Counted from the first letter of the stretch, positions 8,831-18,859 are shown. The stretch is DNA of 64,000 nt from Candidatus Micrarchaeum acidiphilum ARMAN-2 (GCA_009387755.1 GG697240.1:1-64000); one strand, 5' to 3'. Made by a program: numbers and translations. The notes: generated by a model not told the origin, from the letters alone.

Positions 8831-9870
8831 TCAATCACTGCAGCAAGATTTTCGTATAGTATCTTTCCTCCGCTTAAAAGGCTTTTATATATTTGCTCGT
8901 GGCTTACTGCATCATTTTTTAGGTCTATGAGGTTGTCGGTCCTGGCCCCGCAGGGCTGCAGTATGCCTGTGGGTGAGAGCCTGGCATAATATCTGCAGCC
9001 CTCTAGGCATGCGCTTCGGGCTTTGCAGTTAACTACGGGGCAGTTGTTTGTCAGCGAATCCTTCAGGTCGATTATTGCGTTGCCTATTATGAAAATCTTG
9101 CCGTAGTAAGGCTGTATGTATGAATATGCAGAAGATGCCCGGGCGTCAAGCCTTTTTTCGAATTCCTTAAGCAACTGGTCAAAATGCTCCTGGTTCTGCC
9201 CGCTCTGGTCAATTATATGGAAAAATTTTATTCTGATGCCGAGGTTGTCTGAAAGCGCTATGTAATCGTCCAATTCCGCAAACGTTTCGTCTCTGATAAG
9301 CACATTTACACTTGTTTTGAGCCCGGAGCCTATTGCGCTTATTACGCCTTTCATTACAGCTTCTTGCGCGTCTATTCCAGTTATGCGCTTGAATTCGGTC
9401 CTGTCAAGTGAGTGCATCGACACATTTACCTCATTCAAGCCGGCATCCTTTAGGCGTGAGGCAAGGTTAGGATTCCCGCCAGAAAGCCGTGTTCCGTTCG
9501 TCGTAAGTTTGATATTTTTTATGTACCCTATTTTGCGCATTCTTGAAATAAGGTCTAAAAGTTCAGTTTCAAACAGCGTGGGCTCGCCATCGCCTGCAAT
9601 GTGAACGTTTATGTCCACCGAAGTAGCCGAATGCAGCTTTTCTACAATTGCAATTATTTCATTGTTCGATATTGCATTGCCGCTCCCTCTGTAGCTGTTG
9701 TCATCGTGGCATGCCACGCCAAGCTTCTTGTCGAAAATGCAGTTTTCATTGCATATACGTTTGCTTACGACTACTCCTTGCGGCACTGTTTTGTCTATTC
9801 TGAGATTCAATGATTTTGTCCTACCCAATTTTTTTTCTATTATTTCTATTGCCTTTTCCTCTGGGGTCAT
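8827..9870 (-). CDS. MoaA-like radical-SAM-fold protein with a non-canonical cluster motif
   Basis: MoaA-like core ('IAGDGEPTLF', 'KLTTNGTRL', 'AGLNEVNVSMHSLD') and a C-terminal Cys cluster (CPVVNCKARSACLEGC). The usual CxxxCxxC is 'CNENCIFD...AC' here. Start taken at MTPEEK. Confidence 0.6.
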   Translation of the reverse strand: MTPEEKAIEIIEKKLGRTKSLNLRIDKTVPQGVVVSKRICNENCIFDKKLGVACHDDNSYRGSGNAISNNEIIAIVEKLHSATSVDINVHIAGDGEPTLFETELLDLISRMRKIGYIKNIKLTTNGTRLSGGNPNLASRLKDAGLNEVNVSMHSLDRTEFKRITGIDAQEAVMKGVISAIGSGLKTSVNVLIRDETFAELDDYIALSDNLGIRIKFFHIIDQSGQNQEHFDQLLKEFEKRLDARASSAYSYIQPYYGKIFIIGNAIIDLKDSLTNNCPVVNCKARSACLEGCRYYARLSPTGILQPCGARTDNLIDLKNDAVSHEQIYKSLLSGGKILYENLAAVIE

Positions 9871-9880
9871 TGGAACACCA

Positions 9881-10537
9881 TTAGAGTCTTTCGCGCCTCT
9901 TGATGGCCCGTATTTTGCCAAGCGCAATCTTTGAGATTATGCAATCAACAGTCTCTTCAGGAGTGAGATTCGTGTTGTCTATCTCAATTACCTGTGCCTT
10001 GCCTCTTTCCCTTAGCTCCGCGGCGTACTTATAGAATTCCGAATCAATAAATGCCATTATCTTCGAGTCCCAGTCCAAACTGCTGTTTTTCACAGCTTCT
10101 CTTCGTGCAATCCTTCTAACCCGCTCTTCTTTGCCAACATGAAGGAACACCACAATGTCCGGATGCACTAGAGATCTTTCGGCAGAAGCAACAATGTCAT
10201 TTATTACAGATTTGTTGGCATCGCCATCGTACAGGGCATCGTAGGCAAAGTGATACGCCTTTGTGGAGTAAATGGATCTAACGAGTATTGTATCGATACC
10301 CTTCCTTTCGTTTTCAGCGGCCTCGTTGGAGGATAACTGATTAGTTCCTAGGAAGTATATCAGCCTGGCTAAAATTAGATCGCCAGCCTGGCCATTTAGA
10401 AAGTCCCGGAGGTCCGGCAGGAAGTCAACCCTCTTGGATTGCTCTATGACCTTAGATCCTGGCATTCTTTCAGAGAGCATTGCAGATATGGTAGATTTGC
10501 CGGAACCGTCACACCCTTCTATCGCTAAGATGACCAT
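9881..10537 (-). CDS. Thymidylate-kinase-like P-loop (d)NMP kinase
   Basis: 'ILAIEGCDGSGKST' is a Tmk-type P-loop. Start at MVILAI. First gene of the overlapping operon. AT-rich promoter region upstream. Confidence 0.6.
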   Translation of the reverse strand: MVILAIEGCDGSGKSTISAMLSERMPGSKVIEQSKRVDFLPDLRDFLNGQAGDLILARLIYFLGTNQLSSNEAAENERKGIDTILVRSIYSTKAYHFAYDALYDGDANKSVINDIVASAERSLVHPDIVVFLHVGKEERVRRIARREAVKNSSLDWDSKIMAFIDSEFYKYAAELRERGKAQVIEIDNTNLTPEETVDCIISKIALGKIRAIKRRERL

Positions 10538-10829
10538 GCGGATACACCTGCTAAGAGTTGCCACTCACTCCCATTTATAGTATAGCTGTTTTTCACGTTT
10601 GGTTATAATTTAAATATAATACTGCGCGGCGGTGCAATATCGATTGGGATGGAAACGCGAAAAATGCTGAAAAAAGTAAGTATGCAGGTATTTTGGCGTT
10701 AGACGATAGTATAGCTTAGCGACGTCAGAATTGATAGCTCGGCAACTAATTTATTTTTATATATATAAATCTTTTGCTATGTAGAAAGGTATAAATATAT
10801 GATAAAATAATATATTTACTGGTGTAAAT

Positions 10830-11312
10830 ATGACCAAACAAAAAACCAATTCGGATGGCATAACAAGAAGGATCTTCACGAAGGAAGTCGTAAAGTTGCG
10901 GGAGAGTTATAACGGCAAGGTAAGCGAGGAAGAGATGAAGAGCATAGGTGCAATACTGGAAACGGTAGATGCGACGTTTATTGGAACAAGCCGCTACAGC
11001 AAACCAGAAAATGGCTATGATCTCATAGCAAGCAGCATATACGCGGCGGCAGTTCAGGCAAAAATGAATGGCCATGACAACCTCTGGAAGGATTTGGCAT
11101 CCGTAGAGAATTCTGACTCGCTAATAAACAAGTTCAGCAGGTTTGTTAAATCAGATGCCGCCATTGTGGAGCAGAGAAAGAAGAAGTTTGATAAATTACA
11201 GTATCTCAGGGAAGTTGAAAACACACCGGGAGGGCTCGCAAGCATTCTTTCAAGCGAAAAAGGCAGGGCGGATCTGCTCAAGCAGCTCAGGAGGATAGAG
11301 AAGGAATCCTAA
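10830..11312 (+). CDS. Hypothetical protein
   Basis: 160-aa ORF immediately downstream of an AT-rich divergent promoter. No recognisable domain. Confidence 0.4.
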   Translation: MTKQKTNSDGITRRIFTKEVVKLRESYNGKVSEEEMKSIGAILETVDATFIGTSRYSKPENGYDLIASSIYAAAVQAKMNGHDNLWKDLASVENSDSLINKFSRFVKSDAAIVEQRKKKFDKLQYLREVENTPGGLASILSSEKGRADLLKQLRRIEKES

Positions 11313-11384
11313 ATCTAGGTAATTGCGAGATTTCATGCTCGCAATGCCAAGCCGTTGTGTATTGGAGAATGCGCAGGCGTGAAC

Positions 11385-12053
11385 TCAGATAGTGGCGCGT
11401 GGTCTTTTGCGCCTGCGGCCCATCTCTTTCAGGTAAAGCCTGAAGAGGTCCATTCTTCTGCTTGCGTTTCTGAGCAAAAAGTCAGTCATGCCCATTGAGT
11501 AAATGCTGCCCCTATATATGTTCTTCGTTACGAATCTCATTCCGAAGCCGGTGGCGCGCTTCACTGCCCCGGGTGTAACGGCGTTGGTAATCCTTTCGGT
11601 AAAAAATACACCGCTTCTTGCGAAGTCGTAAACCGCATCATAGAACGATTCGTCAAGCATGGCAACCGCGTCGGTATTTCTTATGTCGGGGTGCGTTACG
11701 GTTTCTACGAAATACATCATGTAGCGCCCCCTTTTCTCCAGCGAGTATACGTTGTTTGCGGTTATCTCCTGATCTAGCATAAGGCCCTTTTTGGCTTTCC
11801 TGAACATTTTTTCCTTTAGTGCAACAAAATGCCAGTAACCAAGTATGTTCAAATTTCCATCGACAAGATACCTCGAAGAGTAAGGGCTCTTCTTGAAAAC
11901 CGGTACCCAGTTCTCGCGCGTCCCTTCCTCCTCCTTGGTTATGCCCTTCATGTCTGCGTAATCCAGATAGATAAGCCTGTCAAGCAGGGATTCGTAGCTG
12001 TATTTTCCGCTTAGAAATGGGTGATATGGAATTACGGCAAGTGTTTCGAACAT
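11385..12053 (-). CDS. Hypothetical protein
   Basis: 222-aa ORF with host-like composition. No recognisable domain. Confidence 0.4.
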   Translation of the reverse strand: MFETLAVIPYHPFLSGKYSYESLLDRLIYLDYADMKGITKEEEGTRENWVPVFKKSPYSSRYLVDGNLNILGYWHFVALKEKMFRKAKKGLMLDQEITANNVYSLEKRGRYMMYFVETVTHPDIRNTDAVAMLDESFYDAVYDFARSGVFFTERITNAVTPGAVKRATGFGMRFVTKNIYRGSIYSMGMTDFLLRNASRRMDLFRLYLKEMGRRRKRPRATI

Positions 12054-12330
12054 TGTATCGCGCTTTGATCAGTTTAATAATCCAGCAAAGATTATGCGTC
12101 ATGCAAGTTATAAAAACTTTCATCGGATTGCAGTACAGTTTGCATCCCTATACTCCGCAAGAATCAGATACGGATGGGTAAAGCGACAAGAACCATTTGC
12201 TTTGCTTCGCCCTTTTTCCAGGATGGCTCGTATGTTGATATGCCACTCTTGCTTCATTCTGCAACTCTCATGCACACTGCAATTATTAAAAAGTGTCTCA
12301 GCTCTACAGTAACAGTTAAAAGATTTTATA

Positions 12331-14070
12331 TTGATAATCAAATCAGTGCGTTCTATGGAAGATATATATCATAGTGTATTGGAAATCTCCGGAGATAAAC
12401 TTAAGATAGAGGACATTGTCCGCGTAGGCAATTCTATCCCTGGAACAGTTATGGTGAGACTGTCCAAAAATGCAGAAGACTCCATGCGCAAATCTAGGAA
12501 GTTTGTGGATGAAGCTGTTGAAAACAAATTAACAATATATGGCATTAACACTGGTTTCGGTTCACAGGCTGAGAATGTGATATCGAGCGAAGATGTTGCT
12601 CTCCTGCAGCGCTACCTGATAGTAAGCCATTCTGCAGGGGTAGGAGACCCTTTCAGTCAGGAACTGATAAGAGCTTCAATGCTGATAAGGGCAAATACGC
12701 TGGCAAAGGGCAACTCAGGAATCAGGATAGAAGTAGTGCAAACGCTCATAGATATGATAAACAAAGGCGTGGCCCCGTTTGTGCCTAGGAAGGGATCGCT
12801 AGGCGCCAGTGGAGATCTGGCCCCGTTATCGCATATTGCGCTAGTAATGACACGCGACCCGAGGGATACACACATAAAGATTGAGGATGAGCTAGCCAAG
12901 AAAGCAGCTTCTGGGATGCATTTCGATGATGACGAACGCAGAAAATCTCTAAAGGAGTCTGGAGAGGCATATCTTTGGTCGTCTGAAAGAAGCTCATGGG
13001 AGCGGATGACCGGAATTGAAGCAATGGCAAAGGCCGGAATCAAAAGGATAACCTTGAGCGCAAAGGAAGGTCTTGCATTGAACAATGGAAGCACGGTTTC
13101 GGCCGCTATGGCGGCATACGCCATCCATTACGGAGAAAACTTGCAGCGCAGCGCAGACATAATAGCCGCGCTAACCACGGAATCTGTTAAGGGTTTCGAG
13201 TCCGCATTCTATGAAGAGCTTCATGCGACACGTCCGCACCCGGGGCAGGCTGAATCTGCCAAAAGGATACGCAATTACTTGAAATCTAGTGGAATGGTTA
13301 CGCACATAGAGCAGATACAAAACTCGCGAAATGTATATCAGGACTTTAAAAAGGTTCAGGACTCGTATTCTATAAGGTGTATTCCCCAGGTTCATGGCCC
13401 GGTGATAGACACGCTGAGGTCCTCGAGAGAAATGATTGATAAGGAGATCAATTCTGCAACCGATAATCCATTGATAATGCCGGACAACAGCTACTTTAAC
13501 AAGAGTTTCAGCGGAGGCAATTTCCACGGCCAGTACATAAGCCTCTACATGGATAATCTCGGCACAGCACTCGGCATACTCGGCAACATAGCCGAGAGAA
13601 GGATTTTCAAGCTCGTGACAAGGAATCTGAGCGAAGGGCTGCCAGGGTTTCTGATATCTCCAGCACCGGATAAGGCCGGGCTCATGAATGGTGCGATGAT
13701 ACTTCAGTATACTGCAGCACACCTGGTATCGGAGAACAAGGTATTCTCGCATCCAGCGTCAGCTGATAGCATACCCTCGTGCGAAGACAAAGAAGATTTC
13801 GTAAGCATGGCGCCCATAGCAGCCAGCAAGGCACTGGCGATACTGGAAAACTCTGAGAATATACTTGCAATAGAGCTTTGGTGCGATATAGTCGCCCTCA
13901 GGATCAGGATGAAAGAGGGCCTTACACCAAGCGATAACGCCAAAAAGGTCCTTGGTCTCTTCAAGGACAAGGTTGCGGAGTTTGAGGAGGACAGAGTAGT
14001 CTATGACGAGGTGAGGGAGCTGAAGGCGTTCATACACGATGGCGGGCTGCAGTCCATGACCCGGCAGTAA
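12331..14070 (+). CDS. hutH: Aromatic amino acid ammonia-lyase (HAL/PAL family; MIO-forming)
   Basis: 'GSLGASGDLAPLSHIAL' contains the Ala-Ser-Gly triad that forms the MIO cofactor. Full-length collinear similarity to histidine ammonia-lyase. Confidence 0.8.
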   Translation: MIIKSVRSMEDIYHSVLEISGDKLKIEDIVRVGNSIPGTVMVRLSKNAEDSMRKSRKFVDEAVENKLTIYGINTGFGSQAENVISSEDVALLQRYLIVSHSAGVGDPFSQELIRASMLIRANTLAKGNSGIRIEVVQTLIDMINKGVAPFVPRKGSLGASGDLAPLSHIALVMTRDPRDTHIKIEDELAKKAASGMHFDDDERRKSLKESGEAYLWSSERSSWERMTGIEAMAKAGIKRITLSAKEGLALNNGSTVSAAMAAYAIHYGENLQRSADIIAALTTESVKGFESAFYEELHATRPHPGQAESAKRIRNYLKSSGMVTHIEQIQNSRNVYQDFKKVQDSYSIRCIPQVHGPVIDTLRSSREMIDKEINSATDNPLIMPDNSYFNKSFSGGNFHGQYISLYMDNLGTALGILGNIAERRIFKLVTRNLSEGLPGFLISPAPDKAGLMNGAMILQYTAAHLVSENKVFSHPASADSIPSCEDKEDFVSMAPIAASKALAILENSENILAIELWCDIVALRIRMKEGLTPSDNAKKVLGLFKDKVAEFEEDRVVYDEVRELKAFIHDGGLQSMTRQ

Positions 14071-14075
14071 GCTCT

Positions 14076-15293
14076 TCACTTCTGCCTAAACAGGCCCAAG
14101 AAGACCTTTGCATCGTTTACCATGTTTTCGATACTTGCATATTCATTAGGCTGATGCGCTACGTCGTCCCCCGTGAACCAAACGGCGGTCGGGAAGCCCT
14201 TCCTCCTAAAGAATGTGGCGCACGTGCCTCCACCTATGCCCACGGGTTTCAGCTCAAAGCCCCTATATTCCTTTACTGTTCCGCGCAGAAGCTTTACAAT
14301 TTCGGCCGACACGGGAGTCGCCTGTGGTGCAGCATTCTTCTCTTCTATATCTATGGTTATCTTTGCAGGGCTGAATTCAGGAGATTTGGAAAATTCTTCG
14401 ATATCTCTAAGTACCTGATTTATGTCGTAACATGGCAATATTCTAGAGTCAAGGTAGAACACCTCCTTGCCTGGAACAATGTTTACGCTGTCTACATTCT
14501 TTTCGTGCTTCGTCATTTCAAAAGTAGAAACGCTAGGTTCGAATATAGGGTCGCGGGCGCTGTACTTTTCATGGAGAAGGTTGTCCAGTCTATAGAAGAA
14601 CTTGATTGCCACGCGAAGTGCGTTGACTCCATCGTCAGGCGTACTTGCATGCACCTGCTTTCCCTCAAACGTGAATTTGAGCCAGAGAACGCTCTTTTCG
14701 GCAACCTCAACCTTACTACCATCACTTGTGCTCCAGTCGGGGACCATGAACATGTCGGAACTGGAAAACAGTCCCTTTTCTTCAACAAGTTTTTCAATGC
14801 CATATACGCTTCCCAGCTCCTCGTCCGCCACTATTGCCAGCCCAAAGTTAATGGGGGGGTTTGAGCCTGAATCCTTTAGTGCCCTGAGCGCGTATAGGGC
14901 GCTAACAAGGCTTTGCCCGTCATCCATGCTGCCCCTGCCATATATCTTACCATCCCTTATAGTTGCGGTAAAAGGGTCAGTTTTCCAAGCTTCCAAATCG
15001 CCTGCCGCCACCGTGTCCATATGCGGCACCAACCAAAGTGTTCTATCATTATCGCCATACTTGACAACGAGGTTTGGCCTCTTTACGCCATCGGAATCAG
15101 TGTAATCATATTCTTTCACTTCAAAACCCCAGCGTTCTAGAATGGACCTCAAGAATTGCGCCCTTTCCATCTCGCCTGCGCCGCCACTCTTTGGTGATAT
15201 CGCCTTTATAGCTATCATCTTCGATAGTGTGTCAACCATTTCCTTCGTATCTAAGAGTTCACCAATATTTTTTCTCGTTGTTGTCATATCCAC
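14076..15293 (-). CDS. M20-family metallopeptidase (ArgE/DapE/succinyl-diaminopimelate desuccinylase-like), intact
   Basis: 'LWLVPHMDTVAAGD' (HxD metal site), 'ADEELGS', C-terminal 'HQPNEY'. Converges on hutH with a 5-nt gap. Confidence 0.75.
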   Translation of the reverse strand: MDMTTTRKNIGELLDTKEMVDTLSKMIAIKAISPKSGGAGEMERAQFLRSILERWGFEVKEYDYTDSDGVKRPNLVVKYGDNDRTLWLVPHMDTVAAGDLEAWKTDPFTATIRDGKIYGRGSMDDGQSLVSALYALRALKDSGSNPPINFGLAIVADEELGSVYGIEKLVEEKGLFSSSDMFMVPDWSTSDGSKVEVAEKSVLWLKFTFEGKQVHASTPDDGVNALRVAIKFFYRLDNLLHEKYSARDPIFEPSVSTFEMTKHEKNVDSVNIVPGKEVFYLDSRILPCYDINQVLRDIEEFSKSPEFSPAKITIDIEEKNAAPQATPVSAEIVKLLRGTVKEYRGFELKPVGIGGGTCATFFRRKGFPTAVWFTGDDVAHQPNEYASIENMVNDAKVFLGLFRQK

Positions 15294-15350
15294 ACCACAT
15301 ATAACTATTCTATGATTACTCTTTCAATATTTATCATTTTGGATAACCGG

Positions 15351-15914
15351 CTATGATTTGGCGTCGCCATCGTACTTCAGCCTGTAGAGTTCTGCCTCTT
15401 TAAACGCTTCTTCTACCGCCTCTTCGGGAGTCTTTGCCGGATAAACTTGCCTGCGTTTCCTTCCGTCAAAGAATTTGCCTGCCATGTCGTCCGCCCATCC
15501 GCCAAAGCCCTGGAGTGCTATCAGTGGTATGTCCGCTTGGTACGCAACGGCCAGCTCGTTGAGCGTCCCGGAGCCGCCGCTCACTCCTATGACCGCGTCG
15601 CACGCCAGGACAAGCACGAATTCCCTGCCCCCACCTCTCTCCATGCCGCAGGGCACTATAACATCAACGCCCTCCTTCTGGTAGATATCCTTTCTCTTGC
15701 CATATGTCACCCCCACGGTAAGACCACCTCCTTTCTTGGCTCCCCTACATGCTGCAGTGGAGAGCGAGTCATAATCCTTTTCGGCACCAAAAACCAGAAT
15801 CCCGCCCTTTTTGGCTATTAGCTCGCCCATCCTCTCGGCGGCACGCTCCGCCTCCTTGGCATACTTCAGATCTGCAGCAGAACCCATCACACCTATCTGC
15901 AATCTCCTTGGCAT
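15351..15914 (-). CDS. TIGR00725/LOG-like (SLOG) Rossmann-fold protein
   Basis: 'IGVMGSA...GGILVFGAEKD...VIGVSGGSGTLNELA' is typical of LOG/DprA-like SLOG proteins. Confidence 0.55.
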   Translation of the reverse strand: MPRRLQIGVMGSAADLKYAKEAERAAERMGELIAKKGGILVFGAEKDYDSLSTAACRGAKKGGGLTVGVTYGKRKDIYQKEGVDVIVPCGMERGGGREFVLVLACDAVIGVSGGSGTLNELAVAYQADIPLIALQGFGGWADDMAGKFFDGRKRRQVYPAKTPEEAVEEAFKEAELYRLKYDGDAKS

Positions 15915-15984
15915 TATATCACAAAATCAAATAAGCTTAAAGGCTTATAAAACTACCTAAAAGTTTTACAATAAATCTTCCATT

Positions 15985-16890
15985 TCATGAAACTACCGTC
16001 TCCAGTTCTGACAGCCCGAGTTTGGCGTAATAAGCGGACTTTGACTTGTCAGTGTTTATCCTGACAAAAGAGGACAATGAGAACTGCAGGGCACGGCCCA
16101 AGGCTAACTGCCTTCTCGTTTTGTCTTCGCCGAGGTCCAAGAGCTTTGCTACCTTGCCGACCAAATCATTCAGATGCTGCGCCTGTGCCGCCATAGGAAT
16201 CTGATAGACATCTGCCAGCAATGCGGTAAATATGCCGATGCAGGGAAGCATTGTGCCCCTATATGTAGACTGCGGCCAGGGATCGATAAATTTAATCGAA
16301 TCATTATGTACAAAGAAATTGTCTGGCGTCGAGTCCAGCACCATAATAGTACTGTTCCTAGAGGCAATATCTTCCGGCTTCAGCCTTGTCAAAAGGTCCC
16401 TGTACCTAGTGTCTATCACACTATTTTGTTCCAACACTCCGTACCATTTCTTAATTTGCGACGCTATTTCTACGATTCCTGCATACTGTTCATCCGTGTT
16501 CTTCACCAGCGTTTTCTCTGCAAGCGACTGCAATTTATCGAAAAAAGTGTCTAGCACAGCAGGATTGTCTCTAGCGCATTGTGTAATATTTTTGCCCAGA
16601 TATGGCATTACCAGCGCGCTAAACTGCTTTTCTTTCAACACCATCAATCTATCTGGCACTAATGCTCTCCCGCCTTCTCTGGAAATCATAGCGTAGCCAT
16701 TTACATTGTTTGACACTTCATTCATGCTTTCCTTATCTACCCCTATCTTTGCCACCATCTGTTGTTTGCCCTTGCGGCACAGGTAAAGCTTAGTTGTCGT
16801 GTGTCCCTGTATTGCCAACGGCTCGAAATCATAGAGCGAGAATTTCTTTGCCAAATGCTCTAAAATCCTATTTTGGGTGCTTTCCGACAA
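15985..16890 (-). CDS. Protein-kinase-like / aminoglycoside-phosphotransferase-like fold protein (putative small-molecule kinase)
   Basis: 'VLDSTPDNFFVHNDSIKFIDPW' resembles the catalytic loop HxDxxxxN...D of APH/choline-kinase enzymes. Assignment is weak. Confidence 0.35.
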   Translation of the reverse strand: MSESTQNRILEHLAKKFSLYDFEPLAIQGHTTTKLYLCRKGKQQMVAKIGVDKESMNEVSNNVNGYAMISREGGRALVPDRLMVLKEKQFSALVMPYLGKNITQCARDNPAVLDTFFDKLQSLAEKTLVKNTDEQYAGIVEIASQIKKWYGVLEQNSVIDTRYRDLLTRLKPEDIASRNSTIMVLDSTPDNFFVHNDSIKFIDPWPQSTYRGTMLPCIGIFTALLADVYQIPMAAQAQHLNDLVGKVAKLLDLGEDKTRRQLALGRALQFSLSSFVRINTDKSKSAYYAKLGLSELETVVS

Positions 16891-17731
16891 TTGCCTCAGT
16901 CCTTAAAAATTTAGTCAGTATCTCAATCACGCCGCCGGTTATGTTATTTTCAGCAACGTATATTGCCTTGTCCTTAAATTCATTACCGGCATTTCCAACC
17001 GCATAATGCAAAGCTATGTCTTCGCCCAAATAATCGGACATGGAGTTGCCTATCATACCTATCTGCTTCAAACCTAATTCCTGCATTAAAAGTTTTGTTC
17101 CATCGCGCTTGCTTCCGCCCTTCGGCGCAATTATTATAACTCCATCCCCTGCGTTTAAATCGTTATGTGTACCAATAGTTTGCCAGTTCAAAACAGGTTT
17201 TATCACTTCAAGAATCTTATTGTATTCATCAAATTCTGGAAACCTAAAGTGCGTGCCATCGTTTATTCTTACAAACAATCCAAGACTGCATTTGCGCAAT
17301 GGGTTTAACATAACAACTGTTTCCCCACGCCCTCCTATCAGTTCTCCGTTGCGGATTCTTGCCACTGGATCTCCGCCCGACCACACCGTTATACCTTCAG
17401 CCTCCAGCAAAGTTTGAGCCGTCTTGAACATCTTTTCAAATTCGATAGGGATATCCCTATCCTTTACGATGGTTTTGCCATCAATCATTAAGAGTTGGCC
17501 CTTTTCTGCCACGACAGGTCCGTTAAGTCCTATCTCGTTTTCCCAATTTACCAATACTTGAAGCGGCGTGTCTGAGTTCAACCCTATTTTCCAGCCCGCA
17601 TTTTCCATGCTTTCTACTACTCTACGTAGCTGCTGAAGTGGCCATGTAAAATTATAATTTTTGTCTATAAGGGTTGCATCTAGATCCAACAGCACTAATT
17701 TATTAAGTGGAATTTTCATGTAACGGGACAT
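16868..17731 (-). CDS. HAD-superfamily hydrolase, subfamily IIB-like (Cof/MpgP-like phosphatase)
   Basis: Motif I 'LLDLDATLID', cap region 'NGPVVAEKG', motif IV 'GNSMSD'. Paralog of 18860-19738. Confidence 0.65.
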   Translation of the reverse strand: MSRYMKIPLNKLVLLDLDATLIDKNYNFTWPLQQLRRVVESMENAGWKIGLNSDTPLQVLVNWENEIGLNGPVVAEKGQLLMIDGKTIVKDRDIPIEFEKMFKTAQTLLEAEGITVWSGGDPVARIRNGELIGGRGETVVMLNPLRKCSLGLFVRINDGTHFRFPEFDEYNKILEVIKPVLNWQTIGTHNDLNAGDGVIIIAPKGGSKRDGTKLLMQELGLKQIGMIGNSMSDYLGEDIALHYAVGNAGNEFKDKAIYVAENNITGGVIEILTKFLRTEAIVGKHPK

Positions 17732-17774
17732 AAATTAATCACTCTGTGCCTAACGCGTTTTATGCCAATCGATC

Positions 17775-18662
17775 TTAGTCAGCATTCCGTGATTTGACTA
17801 AAGGTACAAACTCGCCAACGCGTTTTTTTACATCGACACCTGCATTTCTGAGCATTCCTGTGATCTGGCCGTATGAATTTCTGCAGAGAGCCTTGCATTC
17901 CTCTATTTTGTCTTTAGGTATACTGGCAAAGGACTGCAAGTCTTCTGTATATGGTATATATCTCCTGATTCCATCTGCAGTGTAACTATCTGGTACTTTC
18001 CTTCCATCAATCAAGAGTAAATCCCTCATTTCAAGCCACTCATATTCCATAGACTGGTCTATGTTTACCACTTCGGTAACTATACCGTTGTCATTGTACT
18101 TGTTTTTCAACTTGTTAGTTAGTATGTCAGACGAGGCGCCAAGAACCACACCTGCGACAGGTATACCGAATTTTTCAATTTCTTTTGTGATAAATTCGAG
18201 TGTCTTGCCCTCAAATGATCCAACATCAGTTAGGATTACAGCGTCATATCTGCGTTTGTCATTCATCATCTGCTTTAGCATTGCCATTTGAACGTCCACT
18301 GCAGGCGCGCCAAACCTATTTGCTATTCTGTAGGTACCGTCCAGCGGATTGGTTTCTCTTGTCACTTCAAGATAAAAATCTGCATTTGGGCAGTATACCC
18401 TGTCAAGACTTACGACCATAGCCGTTTCATTCATTATTTTGACTTTGGCGATTGCAGCATCCATTTTTTTAGAAACGTCTGAAGCATAAATAATCTTAAG
18501 CGTATATTCTGGCGAAATCACATTCTTCATAGCTGTTGCAAGGTTTTCCTGAATTTCAATTAGGGCATTCCTCAGGTCAGGCATATCATTGACCTCATTT
18601 ATTCCTAGCTTGCGGGCCAGTACTTCGATTCCATCCATAGTTATCAGATATGGTTTGGACAT
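17775..18662 (-). CDS. Hypothetical protein with a phosphoribosyltransferase-like motif
   Basis: 'YDAVILTDVGSFEGKTL' resembles the PRPP-binding motif of type I PRTases. Flanked by two HAD-IIB paralogs. Confidence 0.3.
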   Translation of the reverse strand: MSKPYLITMDGIEVLARKLGINEVNDMPDLRNALIEIQENLATAMKNVISPEYTLKIIYASDVSKKMDAAIAKVKIMNETAMVVSLDRVYCPNADFYLEVTRETNPLDGTYRIANRFGAPAVDVQMAMLKQMMNDKRRYDAVILTDVGSFEGKTLEFITKEIEKFGIPVAGVVLGASSDILTNKLKNKYNDNGIVTEVVNIDQSMEYEWLEMRDLLLIDGRKVPDSYTADGIRRYIPYTEDLQSFASIPKDKIEECKALCRNSYGQITGMLRNAGVDVKKRVGEFVPLVKSRNAD

Positions 18663-18859
18663 TCACTCACACCTTTGAATTCTATTTTATTACGTGCGGT
18701 TCAGATATAAATATGTTGACCTAAGTGCTTAATAGAAAGCTTTGTTGCGCCCGACCGCATGCAAGATTTCCACAATAATTGACACTTTTGCTTCTGCACA
18801 TGCAATTGCGTGGAATCCGTATTCAAAAACATCTGTGAATTGTCCTTATGGTTTGTTCA

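Noticed and set aside
10746-11075. 109-aa minus-strand ORF in the AT-rich divergent promoter region
   Set aside because: Composed largely of promoter AT-rich sequence. Overlaps the better-supported plus-strand 160-aa ORF.
12657-13752. Minus-strand ORFs of 155 aa and 193 aa inside the histidine ammonia-lyase gene
   Set aside because: Antisense to a full-length HAL with the MIO motif. Considered spurious.
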